This document shows, piece by piece, positions 47,840 to 59,727 of a DNA stretch of 64,000 bases; position 1 is the stretch's first letter; each line of letters begins with the position of its first letter. A model generated the notes under the pieces. That model searched no databases and had not been told where the DNA came from. It saw only the letters and a program-made list of their open reading frames with translations. A program made the translations under genes and the position numbers. Origin of the DNA: Podarcis vaucheri (lineage: Eukaryota). The DNA lies in NCBI GenBank assembly GCA_965113315.1, contig OZ220379.1; one strand, written 5' to 3'.

Positions 47840-49656
47840 GAAAATAAATAAGAAAGCAATGAAAAGATTAGGGAGGGCAAGTTACAGTCAAAATGCACTT
47901 GCTTTTTAAATATATTTATATATTTTATATATTTAGTTTACAGTGTTGGGGACCTGAGGCCCTCCAGTTGTTGTTAGACTCCAACTCCAATCAGTGACAA
48001 TAGCCAGCGTGTTCAGCATATTGGGGATTGTAGCCCAGAAATATTTCTACTATTTCTGAACATTACAAGCTAGGCAAATTTTGCCTTCAAAGCTCAGGAG
48101 CTGCAATTTTGATAGCATAATTTCACATCAGATTTGCATTAATCAAATGGCTTCCTAAGAAGTCCATCAGAAATTAATGCCATCAATACATAATTCAATT
48201 ATCCTATCAAACAGCAACATCCAGCCTGCTTTCTAAATCAGATTGATTCCAATGACTCTTTACAGAGCCATTTCGATATACAAAGCATTCCCCCCCTCCA
48301 TCCTTATCCATCTTCACAATAACCTCATGATAAAATCAGTGGTATGGATTTTAAGAAAAAAAAAATGTTTAGGAACTTAGAATATAAGAGTAAGTAGAAC
48401 CAGTTTCCAGAGTCAATATTCTACCCAGTGCTCAAACCTAGGTAATTATTATCACTGATGTGGTAAACTTTTATTTGGACCGTACCACTTTTTACTAGAG
48501 GTTGAAGTTCACATAATTGAATACACAACCACTCAAGAAAATTCCCTTCATATAGAAGACTGTATGTCAGGAGAAAGAATTCTCCCTGACATGTAGATGA
48601 AGGGAAGTTGTTGTTGTTGATGATGAAAAATCTCTTTTCTCACCCCAACAGCACTAATAAGTGGAACAACCCAGAATCAGGTTTTTATCACCTCAATGAG
48701 AAGTAGGCCAAAGTATCTTCTTACCATGGTAGACAAAACCCATTTCTGGCATACACTGTAAATTTAATGACATCATCGGAATTACACTAATAACTACTTT
48801 GGCTCATTAACAATGAAAGCTCCAGATCCTCTGGGAGAATTGAATGTCATCTGGTGACTAGTCTAACTTTAGAATTGCTCAGCTTAAGCTCATCTATCCT
48901 TAACTTCCTATTTGTAGCTGTGTCATTTCCTAAAGATCCAACGACTAGATTTTACCTTCCTTATTTCCCATTAATGGGATCAGTGATGTCAACATTTGTA
49001 AAACATCACACACGTAAAAAAATGTTAGAAGACCCAGCCAGTTAACTGCAACACTAATTTCATGTTTGAAAAAGAAGCAGCTCTCCAGAATGTAACCATA
49101 AGGGGGGAAAGTTTGTGCAATCTGTTCATTTGCATAATTAATAACTGAGGACCTGAGAACATTTGGAACGTTTCTGACGCAGACCTCGATCATATCTCTG
49201 TTAACATAAATAACAAAGACACAGATTTCCAAGAACTGCAAACATCACAGAGTAGTTAGCAACAAACCCAGTAAAGGCACACAAAACAAATGAAAAGAGA
49301 AGTCAGCGAAGGCCACCAATCTATTGCAAGTAGTTGATGTTTTTTGTTGGTGAATGAGAGGGAGAAAAGGTATAAAAGGAGAATTCCCTAGATGCCAAGA
49401 TTCAGGTTGGGGGCAAGTACTATTTGGTGGGAGAACCCCGGCAAAGATTTAAAATCACAAAATATGCAGTGAAGCTAAGCATGGAAATATAGGCAGTTAG
49501 ACCTTTAAAATGTGCCCTTCTGAGTTCCAAAACTTTCCTTTTCCCCACATCGTAGGAAAAAAGCCATACATTTGGGGAGTTTGGAGCAATGGCATGGGAC
49601 TCAGCTATAAAGCTGCAAATATAACGTTATAAGTGCATTATACAAATGTGACTCTA

Positions 49657-49989
49657 CAGTGGTGCCGCGCAAGACGAAAAGAATCCGTTCTGTGATTCTC
49701 TTCGTCTAGCGGTTTTTTCGTCTTGCGAAGCAAGCCCATTGACGGATTAGCGCTATTAGCGGCTTTTAGCGGCTTTTAGCGGCTTAGCGGCTTAGCGGAT
49801 CAGCTGATAAGCGGCTTAGCGGCTTAGAAAAAGGGGGAGGGGGGAAACCTGCAGGAACTCACAAGACATTTTCGTCTTGCGAAGCAAGCCCATAAGAGAT
49901 TCGTTTTGCGAAGCACCTCCAAAATGGAAAACTCTTTCGTCTAGCGAGTTTTCCATCTTGCGAGGCATTCGTCTTGCGGGGCACCACTG
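49657..49989. mobile_element. Tigger-like MITE, family B
   Basis: Near-identical to 19714-20037, with a TA TSD. Confidence 0.9.
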
Positions 49990-51298
49990 TAGTTGTCGCT
50001 GATGATCTAATGGCAAATTCCACATATATTTTGCAACTTTTTTTTTTTTTTAAAAAAAAGCATTTTCACAGCGTTTTTTTAATATCTGTGTATATCTACT
50101 CATGGTCCCAGAATTAAATGAATTCTTTTCCAACAGCAAGGAAATTGGTCAGGAAGAGTACACGAAGGAAAGATTAGTAGAAGGGGAGTCATCACACCAT
50201 GTTTGGTCTTGATTTAGAGCTACATCCAAATCCCACCAACAGTGAAATTTCAAGGTTAATTCTTTTCTCAGGAAAACATTGTGATTCTGTGTCAGAGAAT
50301 CTCTGCATATTCTGACCACGGAAAGTGCTGTTGCACTTTGAAAGCCTTGCTGTGCTACCGGTGTCCTGTGATTCTCACCAGCACCAGAAGTTCTGTTGAA
50401 AGTCTGGAGCTGCTGAAAAAAAAATCTTCATATAGTGAACAAAACTGATAAAATTGGGTCTGCAGTTGCTACGGAATTTCACCTTAAGAGAAATGTCATT
50501 GAAAATTCAGGTGAGGAAATATTCTAAAGAATTTTGAGAGAAGAAAAAAGTTTTGATAACACTAGTATAGATATAAAAATTTTTCATCAGGGTTCTGCAC
50601 CTACCAGGTTAATGTTACCACCAAAATAAACTATCCTAAAATCAATTCCAATGTGAATTTTTCTCTTCAGGCAAAAAACTAAATAAGTCTGAGGAATTTT
50701 GAGGGAAGGCGAAATAGTTTTTAAAAAGCAAATAATAATAGATCTTAGGCAAAACAATGTGTGTTTGTTCTTGTGTTTGGGTGGGATTCCAGCAAATAAC
50801 GAGAAGAGGGTGTGGCATCTTTCCCATGTGTCTCTAAAGAGTTCGGTCACTGTATGTTTCCATTCCTCTATATTTCATAACAACACTCCTTCACTTCTTA
50901 CACAGAACTCCTGTGTGTGTTTTCTTGGGAAAGAAAGGCCTACTCTGTCCATGGGACTAGCACCCTAATAAATGAAAAGGAGCCTCAGGAGGATGGGTTT
51001 TTTTGGTGTGTTTTTTGTCCTGAAATGGTTTTCTTGCATAATTTGAGGATATGATAGCAGTTTCCAGCATTGTCTGGCTAAAATCAGAGCAGATAGGAAG
51101 AAATTCTAGGTTACTGCTAGAGAACCTTTCCCACTCCTTCTGAGGATCACATTCCCTCAGGTGTAATCTTTCAGAGGCTGCAATATCAGTGGTGACCAAC
51201 TCCACTGCTTTTCTTGAGACAATACTCACCAGAACAAACTATCACCAATGACTATGGCAGCCATTTTGCACTGGCACGCTTTTATCAAGTTATATATA

Positions 51299-51888
51299 CA
51301 AAGTGAGACTGGAAAGTTCGGTGAACGGTCACAGAAATCAGACAGCGAGAAATATTCAAACATATACACCTTACAGGCCTTCAAAGTAGGTCCCCTCTGA
51401 TACAATTGACAATTTGTAGAACTGTTGGAAATTTCTGGAGAAGTCCTCTTTTTGTACTGCTTTCAGTTCCCTCGTCACATCAGCTTGGATGTGTGAAATG
51501 TTGGAAAATCTGTGCCCTTTCAGTGCAGATTTCAGTTTCGAAAAAAGAAAGAATTCCGGTGGGGCCAGATTGGGAGAATATAGAGGGTGGAATGCAATTC
51601 TTCTGCCATCATTCGGACAGACAAACGCCGATCCCACATCAATAACACACGAATTCTGTTGACATTTGTCACCGTCCTTCTTGTCGACTGTCTACCAGAC
51701 CGAGGGTCATCTTCGATGGTTTGCCGCCTTTCACAGAAATGCTTAAACCAGTCATACACTGCCTTTTGAGTTACAGCTTCATCTCCAATTGTGAGCATTT
51801 CGTGGGTTTCCGATGCCAATTGTATGTTTAAATGTTTCTCACTGTCCGATTTCTGTGACCATGCACCAAACTTTCCGGTCACACCTTG
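51299..51888 (-). mobile_element. Internally deleted mariner transposon with transposase remnants
   Basis: 66-bp TIRs and a TA TSD. HTH region VYDWFKHF..RQTIEDDPRSGRQST and DRRLSVRMMAEEL. C-terminal HPLYSPNLAPPEFFLFSKLKSALKGHRF...EGTYFEGL. Confidence 0.92.
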
Positions 51889-51892
51889 TAGA

Positions 51893-51938
<46 letters not shown>

Positions 51939-53140
51939 TGGGCTATCTCATACTGAGTCAGAATATTGAGCCACCTAGCTGAGTACTGCACACACTAACA
52001 AGAAGCAGCTCTCTCCGGGGTTTCAGACAAGGGGTCTTCTCATCCCTACCTGCCTGGAGATGACAGGTTTTCAACTTCACCATGCAAGGTAAATGTTCTA
52101 CCATTACGCTACAGCCCTTCTCCAAGCACAGCAGACACAAGCTGACCCTAAGGAAACCTAAATATGCACAACTGCATTCACTTGCATCCACCCCTTGCTA
52201 TTCCAGCCCTCCCTCTTTTCTCTTCTTCCACACCTGTTATCTTCCCCACTGCTGGGCTGAAGACAGATGCAATGAAGTCTCAGGGCATCCTTCAGCCATG
52301 CTACAGGCCCAGCTTCACAACTCCACTCAAACATTTTACCTAGCTTGATTAGGATCGCTGGGTCCTGTCTCATCACTTTCACAATGATTTTTTTAAAAAA
52401 CAGCTCTACTACACAGAGACAGCCAATATGTTAGGAGTGGGGCGAATGATCTCTGAGTTTTAAAACCCTTTCAAAAAAACTGTTTAGATGACTTATTGGG
52501 AACTGGGAACTGGGGGGGGGGATGGTTTGAGGTCACAACACCTGAGTCTATGTACTTACGTTAATAAAGGGAAGGCGATTTATATAGAATAGCCAACCAT
52601 TAAAACAATCAGAGAGTGGTTGGCTGTGAGACAGAGCCATCAAGCCCCTTCTGTGTAGCTTCCACTCCTCTAGGGAGTCTACTCTCCAGGTCTATTATTG
52701 ATTTTGCTTTCATTTGTGGTTTCAAACCACATGTTGAAATGCAATCAACATGACACAAAACAGCCCAAATCTAACAGAACAGTGATTTACCCCCCTCCTC
52801 TGACCATTGTACGATGCAGGACGATAACGAATCATGGAGACCCAGCAAGGCATTTTTGCTGAGCGTGTGCAGTCAGGCAGCTGGCCAGTTGCGTATTGTA
52901 GAAATGAACAGTGTGATAAAGCAGAGTGCTCATGCTGGAACTGGGTGAACCCTGTGGGGAAGTGAGAATCCAGCTTCAAAGGGAACAACCAGAGCCTATA
53001 ATGGGAAGCCCCTCCCTGGAAGCAAGTGAAACATGGCACAGCTTTGCAAAATGTTGGATAAAGAAACACGTTGAAGCTCAAGTGGCTCATAGAAATGCTA
53101 TTCTCATCCTAGCTGTTCCTATAGCTTCGCAGACTGTCAC

Positions 53141-53465
53141 CTGAGCCTCTTGGGCTTGCTGATCAGAAGGTCAGTGGTTTGAATCCCCACGACGGGGTGA
53201 GCTCCCATTGCTCGGTCCCAGCTCCTGCCAACCTAGCAGTTCAAAAGCATGCCAGTGCAAGTAGATTAATAGGTACAGCTGTGGCAAGAAGGTAAACGGC
53301 ATTTCCGTGTGTCCTGGTTTCCGTCACAGTGTTCCATTGCACCAGAAGTGGTTTAGTCCTGCTGGCCACATGACCCGGAAAGCTGTCTGTGGACAAACAC
53401 CAGCTACCTTGGCCTGAAAGTGAGATGAGTACCGCAACTCCATAGGTGCCTTTGACTGGACTTAG
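53141..53465 (+). mobile_element. Sauria SINE, truncated at both ends
   Basis: The body matches the second subtype. Confidence 0.88.
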
Positions 53466-53856
53466 CTTAGCTTGGCAAACCATGAGGCAGTTAGAGATCA
53501 GTGGCAAGAAATCACTTTGTTTCTGCTTTTGCTCCCTTCACAAAGTAGGAAATTCAATTAACTTTAAAGTCTTTAACTGTTTACTGTTCTTAACCTTCGG
53601 ACAGTATTTGCTGCCCGTGTGGCAAAGCAGCAGGAGTTGGAGGCACTGTTAGGGTACACCTTCCCTAGGGTCCCTTAGAGAGAGGCATCACCCAGTAGCA
53701 AGCCCTTGGCATGCCTGCACTGGAACTGATAATGCAGTGGCAAAAGCAAAAGGTGCAAGGAAGAAGAGAATTGTGTTTCTGGGTGGTGTGGGGGGATGCA
53801 TAATAAAAATAAAAAACTAGAATGTTTTGCACTGGTGGGGACCACTAAACACAATA

Positions 53857-54087
53857 CAGTGTTACCTCAGGTTACAGACGCTTCAGGTTACATACGTTTC
53901 AGGTTACAGACTCCGCTAACCCAGAAATAGTACCTTGGGTTAAGAACTTTGCTTCAAGATGAGAACAGAAATCACGCGGCGGCAGCTGGAGGCCCCATTA
54001 GCTAAAGTGGTACCTCAGGTTATGAACAGTTTCAGGTTAAGAACGGACCTCCAGAAAGAATTAAGTTCTTAACCCGAGGTACCACTG
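53857..54087. mobile_element. Tigger-like MITE, family A
   Basis: CAGTGTTACCTCAGGTTA / TAACCCGAGGTACCACTG termini. Confidence 0.88.
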
Positions 54088-54098
54088 TGCAGTAAATA

Positions 54099-54815
54099 CC
54101 GTATTTTTCGTCCTATAGGGCGCACCAGCCCATAGGACGCACCTCGTTTTTTGGGGGGGGAAATGAATTTTAAAAAATTATTTTTCCCCCCTCCACCCTG
54201 GCTCCCGCCCCAAGCCTTGTGCTCACCTGCCCGAAGCACAGGGCACCCTCCGGAGGGCTCCCCGTGCTTCGGGCGACAGGCTGCCGCCCCAAGCCTCCCG
54301 CACCCGGCGGGACCTCCTGCTGGGCGTGCGAGGCTTGCAGACACTCGCCCAAAGCACGGGGAGCCCTCCGGAGAGCTCCCCGTGCTTCAGGCGACAGGCT
54401 GCCGCCCCAAGCCTCGCACGCTTGGCGGGACTTCCTGCCGGGCGCGCAAGGCTTGCAGACACTCGCCCAAAGCACGGGGAGCCCTCCGGAGAGCTCCCCG
54501 TGCTTTGGGCGACAGGCTGCCGCCCCAAGCCTGGCACACCCGGCGGGACCTCCTGCCGGGCGCACAAGGCTTGCGGACACTCGCAGGGCTGCAGGCTGCT
54601 GCCCACAAGCCTTGTGAGCCCGTGGGAACTCCCACCGGGCTTGCAAGGCTTGCGGGTACCTTCCTGAAGCCTGGAGAGCGAGAGGGGTCGTGTGCACCGA
54701 TGCCTCTCGCTCTCCAGGCTTCAGCGAAAGCCTGCATTCACCCCATAGGACGCACACATATTTCCCCTTCATTTTTGGAGGGGGAAAAGTGTGTCCTATG
54801 GGGCGAAAAATACAG
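54099..54815. mobile_element. Tc2/pogo-like non-autonomous element with a GC-rich internal tandem array
   Basis: TIR CCGTATTTTTCG(T/C)CC(T/C)ATAGG / CCTATGGGGCGAAAAATACAG, with TA at 54097-54098 and 54816-54817. Confidence 0.85.
54229..54582. repeat. 3 x 118-bp tandem repeat built of palindromes
   Basis: Units start at 54229, 54347 and 54465. Confidence 0.9.
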
Positions 54816-55471
54816 TATGTACATTCAGGGTCGCCATCCATGCGGGACCATGGGGGCCAAGGCATCCCTAAAAATTTCAAAGAGGGGCCCTGATCCCCTC
54901 AGTACTTTGCTGCAGCGGGCTTCATCGGGTCCTCCCGCTGCTGCAGGGTTTTTCCTGAACTGTCATGTTCAGGAAAGATTATGATGATTGGGTGAGACGC
55001 TGAGACAGTCAAGGTGGACATGAAAATGGCAATCGATATGCGTGGAAATGCATGCGCATAAGGTTTTTGCATTCATCCATATTTCACGCTCCCCGCTTTC
55101 TTGAACAGAATGGAGTTCTATTTGGAGACAGCCTTTTAAAATGCAATTTGCTTTGTGGAAAGGGAATGTTTGAAACGTATGTTGCTCGCGTAATACCTGT
55201 TTAATTACAGAATTACAACCTGAAGGGGAGAGGCAGACACACGCAGAGACAGTGTTTGTCTTCAAAGCAGCTTTCGTTCCCCTGAAGCAGCAGCCCCCAT
55301 TGGCAGCCCTTGCCAAGGATTCTTCTTGCCATCTGCAAAGACTCGAGCCTTCTGTTTCTTTCGCTGGCTACACTCATATGTCCAAGCTGCTTTCTTCACA
55401 AGCATGGCTGGGCCATGTTCATTAAGAAGTAGCCACCAGCCATCCAAACTCCATCTTTGGCCACAGTGATG

Positions 55472-55618
55472 CAGTGGCGTAGCATGGGGGGTGCAGGGGG
55501 GGCCGGCCGCACCGGGCACAACATCTGGGGGTTAGGGTTAGGGGACGCAAATCCACGGGTTAGGGGGCACAAATTACTTGCCTTGCCCCGGGTGCTGACA
55601 ACCCACGCTACGCCACTG
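55472..55618. mobile_element. hAT MITE containing TTAGGG units
   Basis: TIR CAGTGGCGTAGC / GCTACGCCACTG. Perfect 8-bp TSD CAGTGATG. Confidence 0.9.
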
Positions 55619-56416
55619 CAGTGATGACATGCTCTTCACACGATTTGAGACACAACAGCACCGCCATTCCAGTTGAACGTCCATTGTTGGCCCTCCCCAC
55701 CCAGGAAATGCAAGCAAAGCGTAAAATCCAATCCATGTTGAATTCTGGAGAAGCTATTCTGTTGTTACATGGCTACTTCCACTAGTGACTTTGTACCAAA
55801 AGTCTGTACAAGATGACTTGGGGGGGGGGCAGCTCTCAAGTGCCAGAGTCTGAGGTGGCTGTGGAATGGGCTTCCATCCAAGCTGGCAGGCGGACTGGAA
55901 AGGATTGTTTTTAATTGCATGACCAAGAGCCATTTGGAACTGAGGATCAGCCACATGCTCAAGTTTCATTGCCACAAAATGAAAGATAAAAAACCAGAAG
56001 CAATTATTCACTTCCATTAAGTGAATGTGCACACACACACACACACACTCGCTCATGAGTTCATGATTCCTCCTAGTTCTTCCCCACCCCGGACGGCCCC
56101 TATCAAGCAGCATGATTGTATGTGCTATGTATTTGCCATGCATGTGGTTGTGTATGCCTCCTCACACAGAAGTCATCTGAAACTGATACAAGCAAACCCC
56201 AACAGAAGTTCACTAATGACTCCTCAGCATGGTCTCTGTTCTAACTATAGAGTCTAAGTAGGATCAGATGTTAGGGACTTTATCCGGAAAGCACCACACA
56301 AATAATTCGCAGCAGGCTGCAGATATTCTGAGTATGATATTCAGATTCCAGTAGACCCTTTTAGCACCCACAGCAGCTTAGCTGGATAACTCTGATCAGA
56401 CACAATGGGTGGGGGG

Positions 56417-56450
<34 letters not shown>

Positions 56451-56502
56451 ATGCTATTTGTCATTGTCTCCACAATCCTCCAAAAGTGCTCTACAAAGTC
56501 CA

Positions 56503-56625
56503 GTTATTTATTATTATTTTATTAAATTTGTAGGCAGCCCTATACCCGCGGGTCTCAAGGTGGTTCACAAAATAAAATTGCAAGATAAAAACACAAGATA
56601 CATAATAAAAATAAAAAACTAGAAC
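56503..56625 (-). mobile_element. L2-type 3' tail fragment
   Basis: Reverse complement resembles the 8620-8680 and 34230-34305 tails. Confidence 0.5.
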
Positions 56626-59098
56626 AATTTGATTAATTCTCTGCCCCCATATATTATTCCCATTTATTCCTTGTACTTCAGGTATTTCTTCATGCACCTT
56701 AGTATTCCAGTTTCTCAGCAAATCAGAATCAATGCACCCATCGGTCCATTAGGGAAACTTCAGAATGAAGTTTTCAACCAAAGGGGAGGTACAATGTGTG
56801 GGGAGCTAGTGGGGATTTTGACAGGAATGTTGGTGGCCAGGAAAGGGGGAGAAAAATCCTTCCCGGTCACATAAAATTTGGATCTACAAACAACCTCCAT
56901 TTGCAGTTGATTTCTCCAATGTGTTTCTGTGTAAGGGTTTTATTTTTGTAACTTCTTTTTCTCTCTCTCCTACTCAACATTAAATAAGCATGACCCCTTC
57001 TTGATTTGAGAAACAGACTTCGTGGGTGGTATTCCTTCTTCTTCTTAAAGTAGCTTAACACAAAATACACAACAGAACCGTAAAAAAATGAAATGGGGGG
57101 GGGGATCACTCCGGTTGCACTGTTTGGCACTTAATGATTTGGATCCAGCCCAAAGCCAAGCCACTGAAAAAACGCTCCCACTCGCAGGGGTTGCAGAAGG
57201 TGACAAAGCCTCCTCTCAAAAACATAAACTTTGCTTACACTTCCCAGCTTGCCAATTTGTTCTCCCGCTGTAAATCACAACTTCTACCAAAGTGCTAGGG
57301 GGACAAGTAAAAAAGAGGAGGTGTGAAAAGTCAATCTCTCTCTCCTTTGGGATCCATGTGCTCAGCACCCACATGTAGTAAACACTCCTTTCGCACACTT
57401 GGCTCATCTAGTTATCAGACAGTGCAGGAGGAGGCAAGCAGGGAGGGGGGGGGAAACAGTTTCCAATTTGTCAGCAAGTTTCAGCATCATTAGCTTCTAT
57501 ATCAGATTTGCTTCCATTCAAAAATGCATCAAGAGGCAACGCAGGAAGAGCTAAATATCTTTTACTGGAATCCGAGGTCTGGGAGGAGATGGAATTAGAT
57601 TAGCTTCGTGGAAATGGGGGAGGGGGTATCCTTTACTGACGGGGTGGGGTTACCTGTCTCGAAGCTTAACAATGAACAACTCCACTAGCATATGGTACAG
57701 CAATGGATTAGTAATCAAGTGCTATTAATCCTAATACATCCTCTTTTGAACCTAAGATTCTTGGTAGGTGAAGCGGGGGTGGGGGTGGGGTGGGGTTTGA
57801 CTGCACTTTCCTCTTGTGTCAGGTGAAACTCATTTGGTGGTAAGGTGACCATGTAGAGATGGGCACCCATCTGGTGGTTTTCTTTTGTGAATTTCAACCA
57901 GAAGGTGTTTTAATGAGGCTTTTATAGCAGGCGCCACCTGCTACTGATCTTCCCCTCTCCGAAAAAAAAAAAAGTATAATTGAGGGTTGGTTTTACACTG
58001 TGGTGTGGATCTTAACCTTGGGGGACTCATCACAAAATGCAAGCCCTTGTGGGATGTAATCATTCCAAAATGCCATTTTTTTGGCTTTGGGTTTGGAGCT
58101 GGAGCAGGTTATTTGCGGTTAGCTAATTGCAACCAGTTCTATGGTAGCTTCCCCCTTTCCACATGGATTAATAAGTGCATCATCTCAAAATTAATCATCC
58201 AGGCTGATGGTGACCATATGTCTTAGTTCAGTTTCCTTGCATGTGTGCAGAACGGCAAAAAAGATTTATTCCTTCGCGTTTCAGTGGTTTATACTTTGTG
58301 TACAGTTTACATTTTTTAATAACGTTGCATTTTTATTTTATTTTATTTTTGAAAGTGCAATTGAAATGATTTGAGAGCTAGTAAGAGTTTTACTCTTACT
58401 CTAGTGCTGGCCGAGGGGAGTATCTTTTCCAAAGGCCAAAGAGACCCTACATGATCTCTTCTCTCACACATAGAACTGTTGGCAAATTCTGCTGCTTCTG
58501 TTATACTGTTGCTTTTTGTGACCTGCTAGATAGTGCTACATCATACATAACATGGTGCTTGAAGATGCACTCCCATTTTGGATTGTCTATCACCAAGGCC
58601 CAAGAGATGGCAAATGGATATTGCAGAATAGCACTGCGAAATCTGTAGGCTGCAGTAGGCAGGGCTAGGAGGGGGAAGTCCTCCTGAAATGTTTGGGATC
58701 ACTTAGCAATCTAGCTGGAAAGGAAAACAAGCAAGACCACTGAGAGTTTTCCCACCCATTCATTACCCAGGAGCAAATTCCTGCTTCAAACCATGTACAT
58801 TGTTCAATAGGGAGCCACAGCGAAGCCAGGCTACATGTATGCATACAGAATATACATGTCTGAAAATATCTATGGCTGTACAATTTTTTAAAAAAACACA
58901 ACCCAAATGGACATAACGTATGAAGTTGCTTTTTGTGTAAAGGAAATATTGCAGGTATGAGGACCCTGTAGAGGTTGGGAAGTATCAAATTGTATTTAAT
59001 AACTTGCCTGCTGATGTGCTATGATTAGGGGTGGTTAGAAGTGAGAACAAGTATAAGAAAAGATACGTATATGTTTTTGTTTTTCTCTTTTTTATGTA

Positions 59099-59340
59099 CA
59101 GTGGTACCTTGGGTTACATACGCTTCAGGTTACATATGCTTCAGGTTACAGACTCCGCTAACCCAGAAATATTACCTCGGGTTAAGAACTTTGCTTCAGG
59201 ATGAGAACAGAAATCATGCAGCGGCGGTGCAGTGGCAGCAGGAGGCCCCATTAGCTAAAGTGGTGCTTCAGGTTAAGAACAGTTTCAGGTTAAGGACGGA
59301 CCTCCAGAACGAATTAAGTTCTTAACCTGAGGTACTACTG
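59099..59340. mobile_element. Tigger-like MITE, family A
   Basis: TIR and TA TSD, as in the other family A copies. Confidence 0.9.
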
Positions 59341-59475
59341 TATATGATTGAAATTTTAATTTATTTATGAGTTGTTCTATATATATGTAATGTATTGCAA
59401 GATTATTAATAAAGATGGGGAAACATAAAAAGAAGAAGAAGTGAGAACATTCAGGGGTTGGAGAAGTAAGATTTT

Positions 59476-59725
59476 TCATTAATGGTTCCTCGTCATCGTG
59501 GAAAAAATGTGACATGTGGGGTGCCGCAGGGTTCTGTCCTGGGCCCGTTGTTGTTCAATGTCTTTATAAATTGAATTGAGGGGGTGCTCATCAAATTTGC
59601 AGATGACACCAAGCTGGGAGGGGTATAGCTAATGTTGTAGAAGATAGAAGCAGAATTCAAAATAGTCTTAACAGATTGGAGAACTGGGCCCAAGCTAACA
59701 AAACAAATTTCAATAGGGACAAACG
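59476..59725 (+). mobile_element. CR1 RT core fragment (resumes briefly after 61074)
   Basis: Degenerate VTCGVPQGSVLGPLLFNVFIN, IKFADDTKLGG and RIQNSLNRLENWAQANKTNFNRDK. Confidence 0.85.
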
Positions 59726-59727
59726 TA

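Noticed and set aside
54229-54582. CRISPR-like array
   Set aside because: Eukaryotic context, no unique spacers and no cas genes.
54069-54984. Multiple long ORFs (up to 277 aa) in all frames
   Set aside because: Artefact of the GC-rich palindromic tandem repeat inside a MITE.
57715-57750. GCIRINS peptide resembling the neurexin SS3 insert (CIRINCNS)
   Set aside because: No pyrimidine tract or donor, and an in-frame stop follows, so it is a coincidence.
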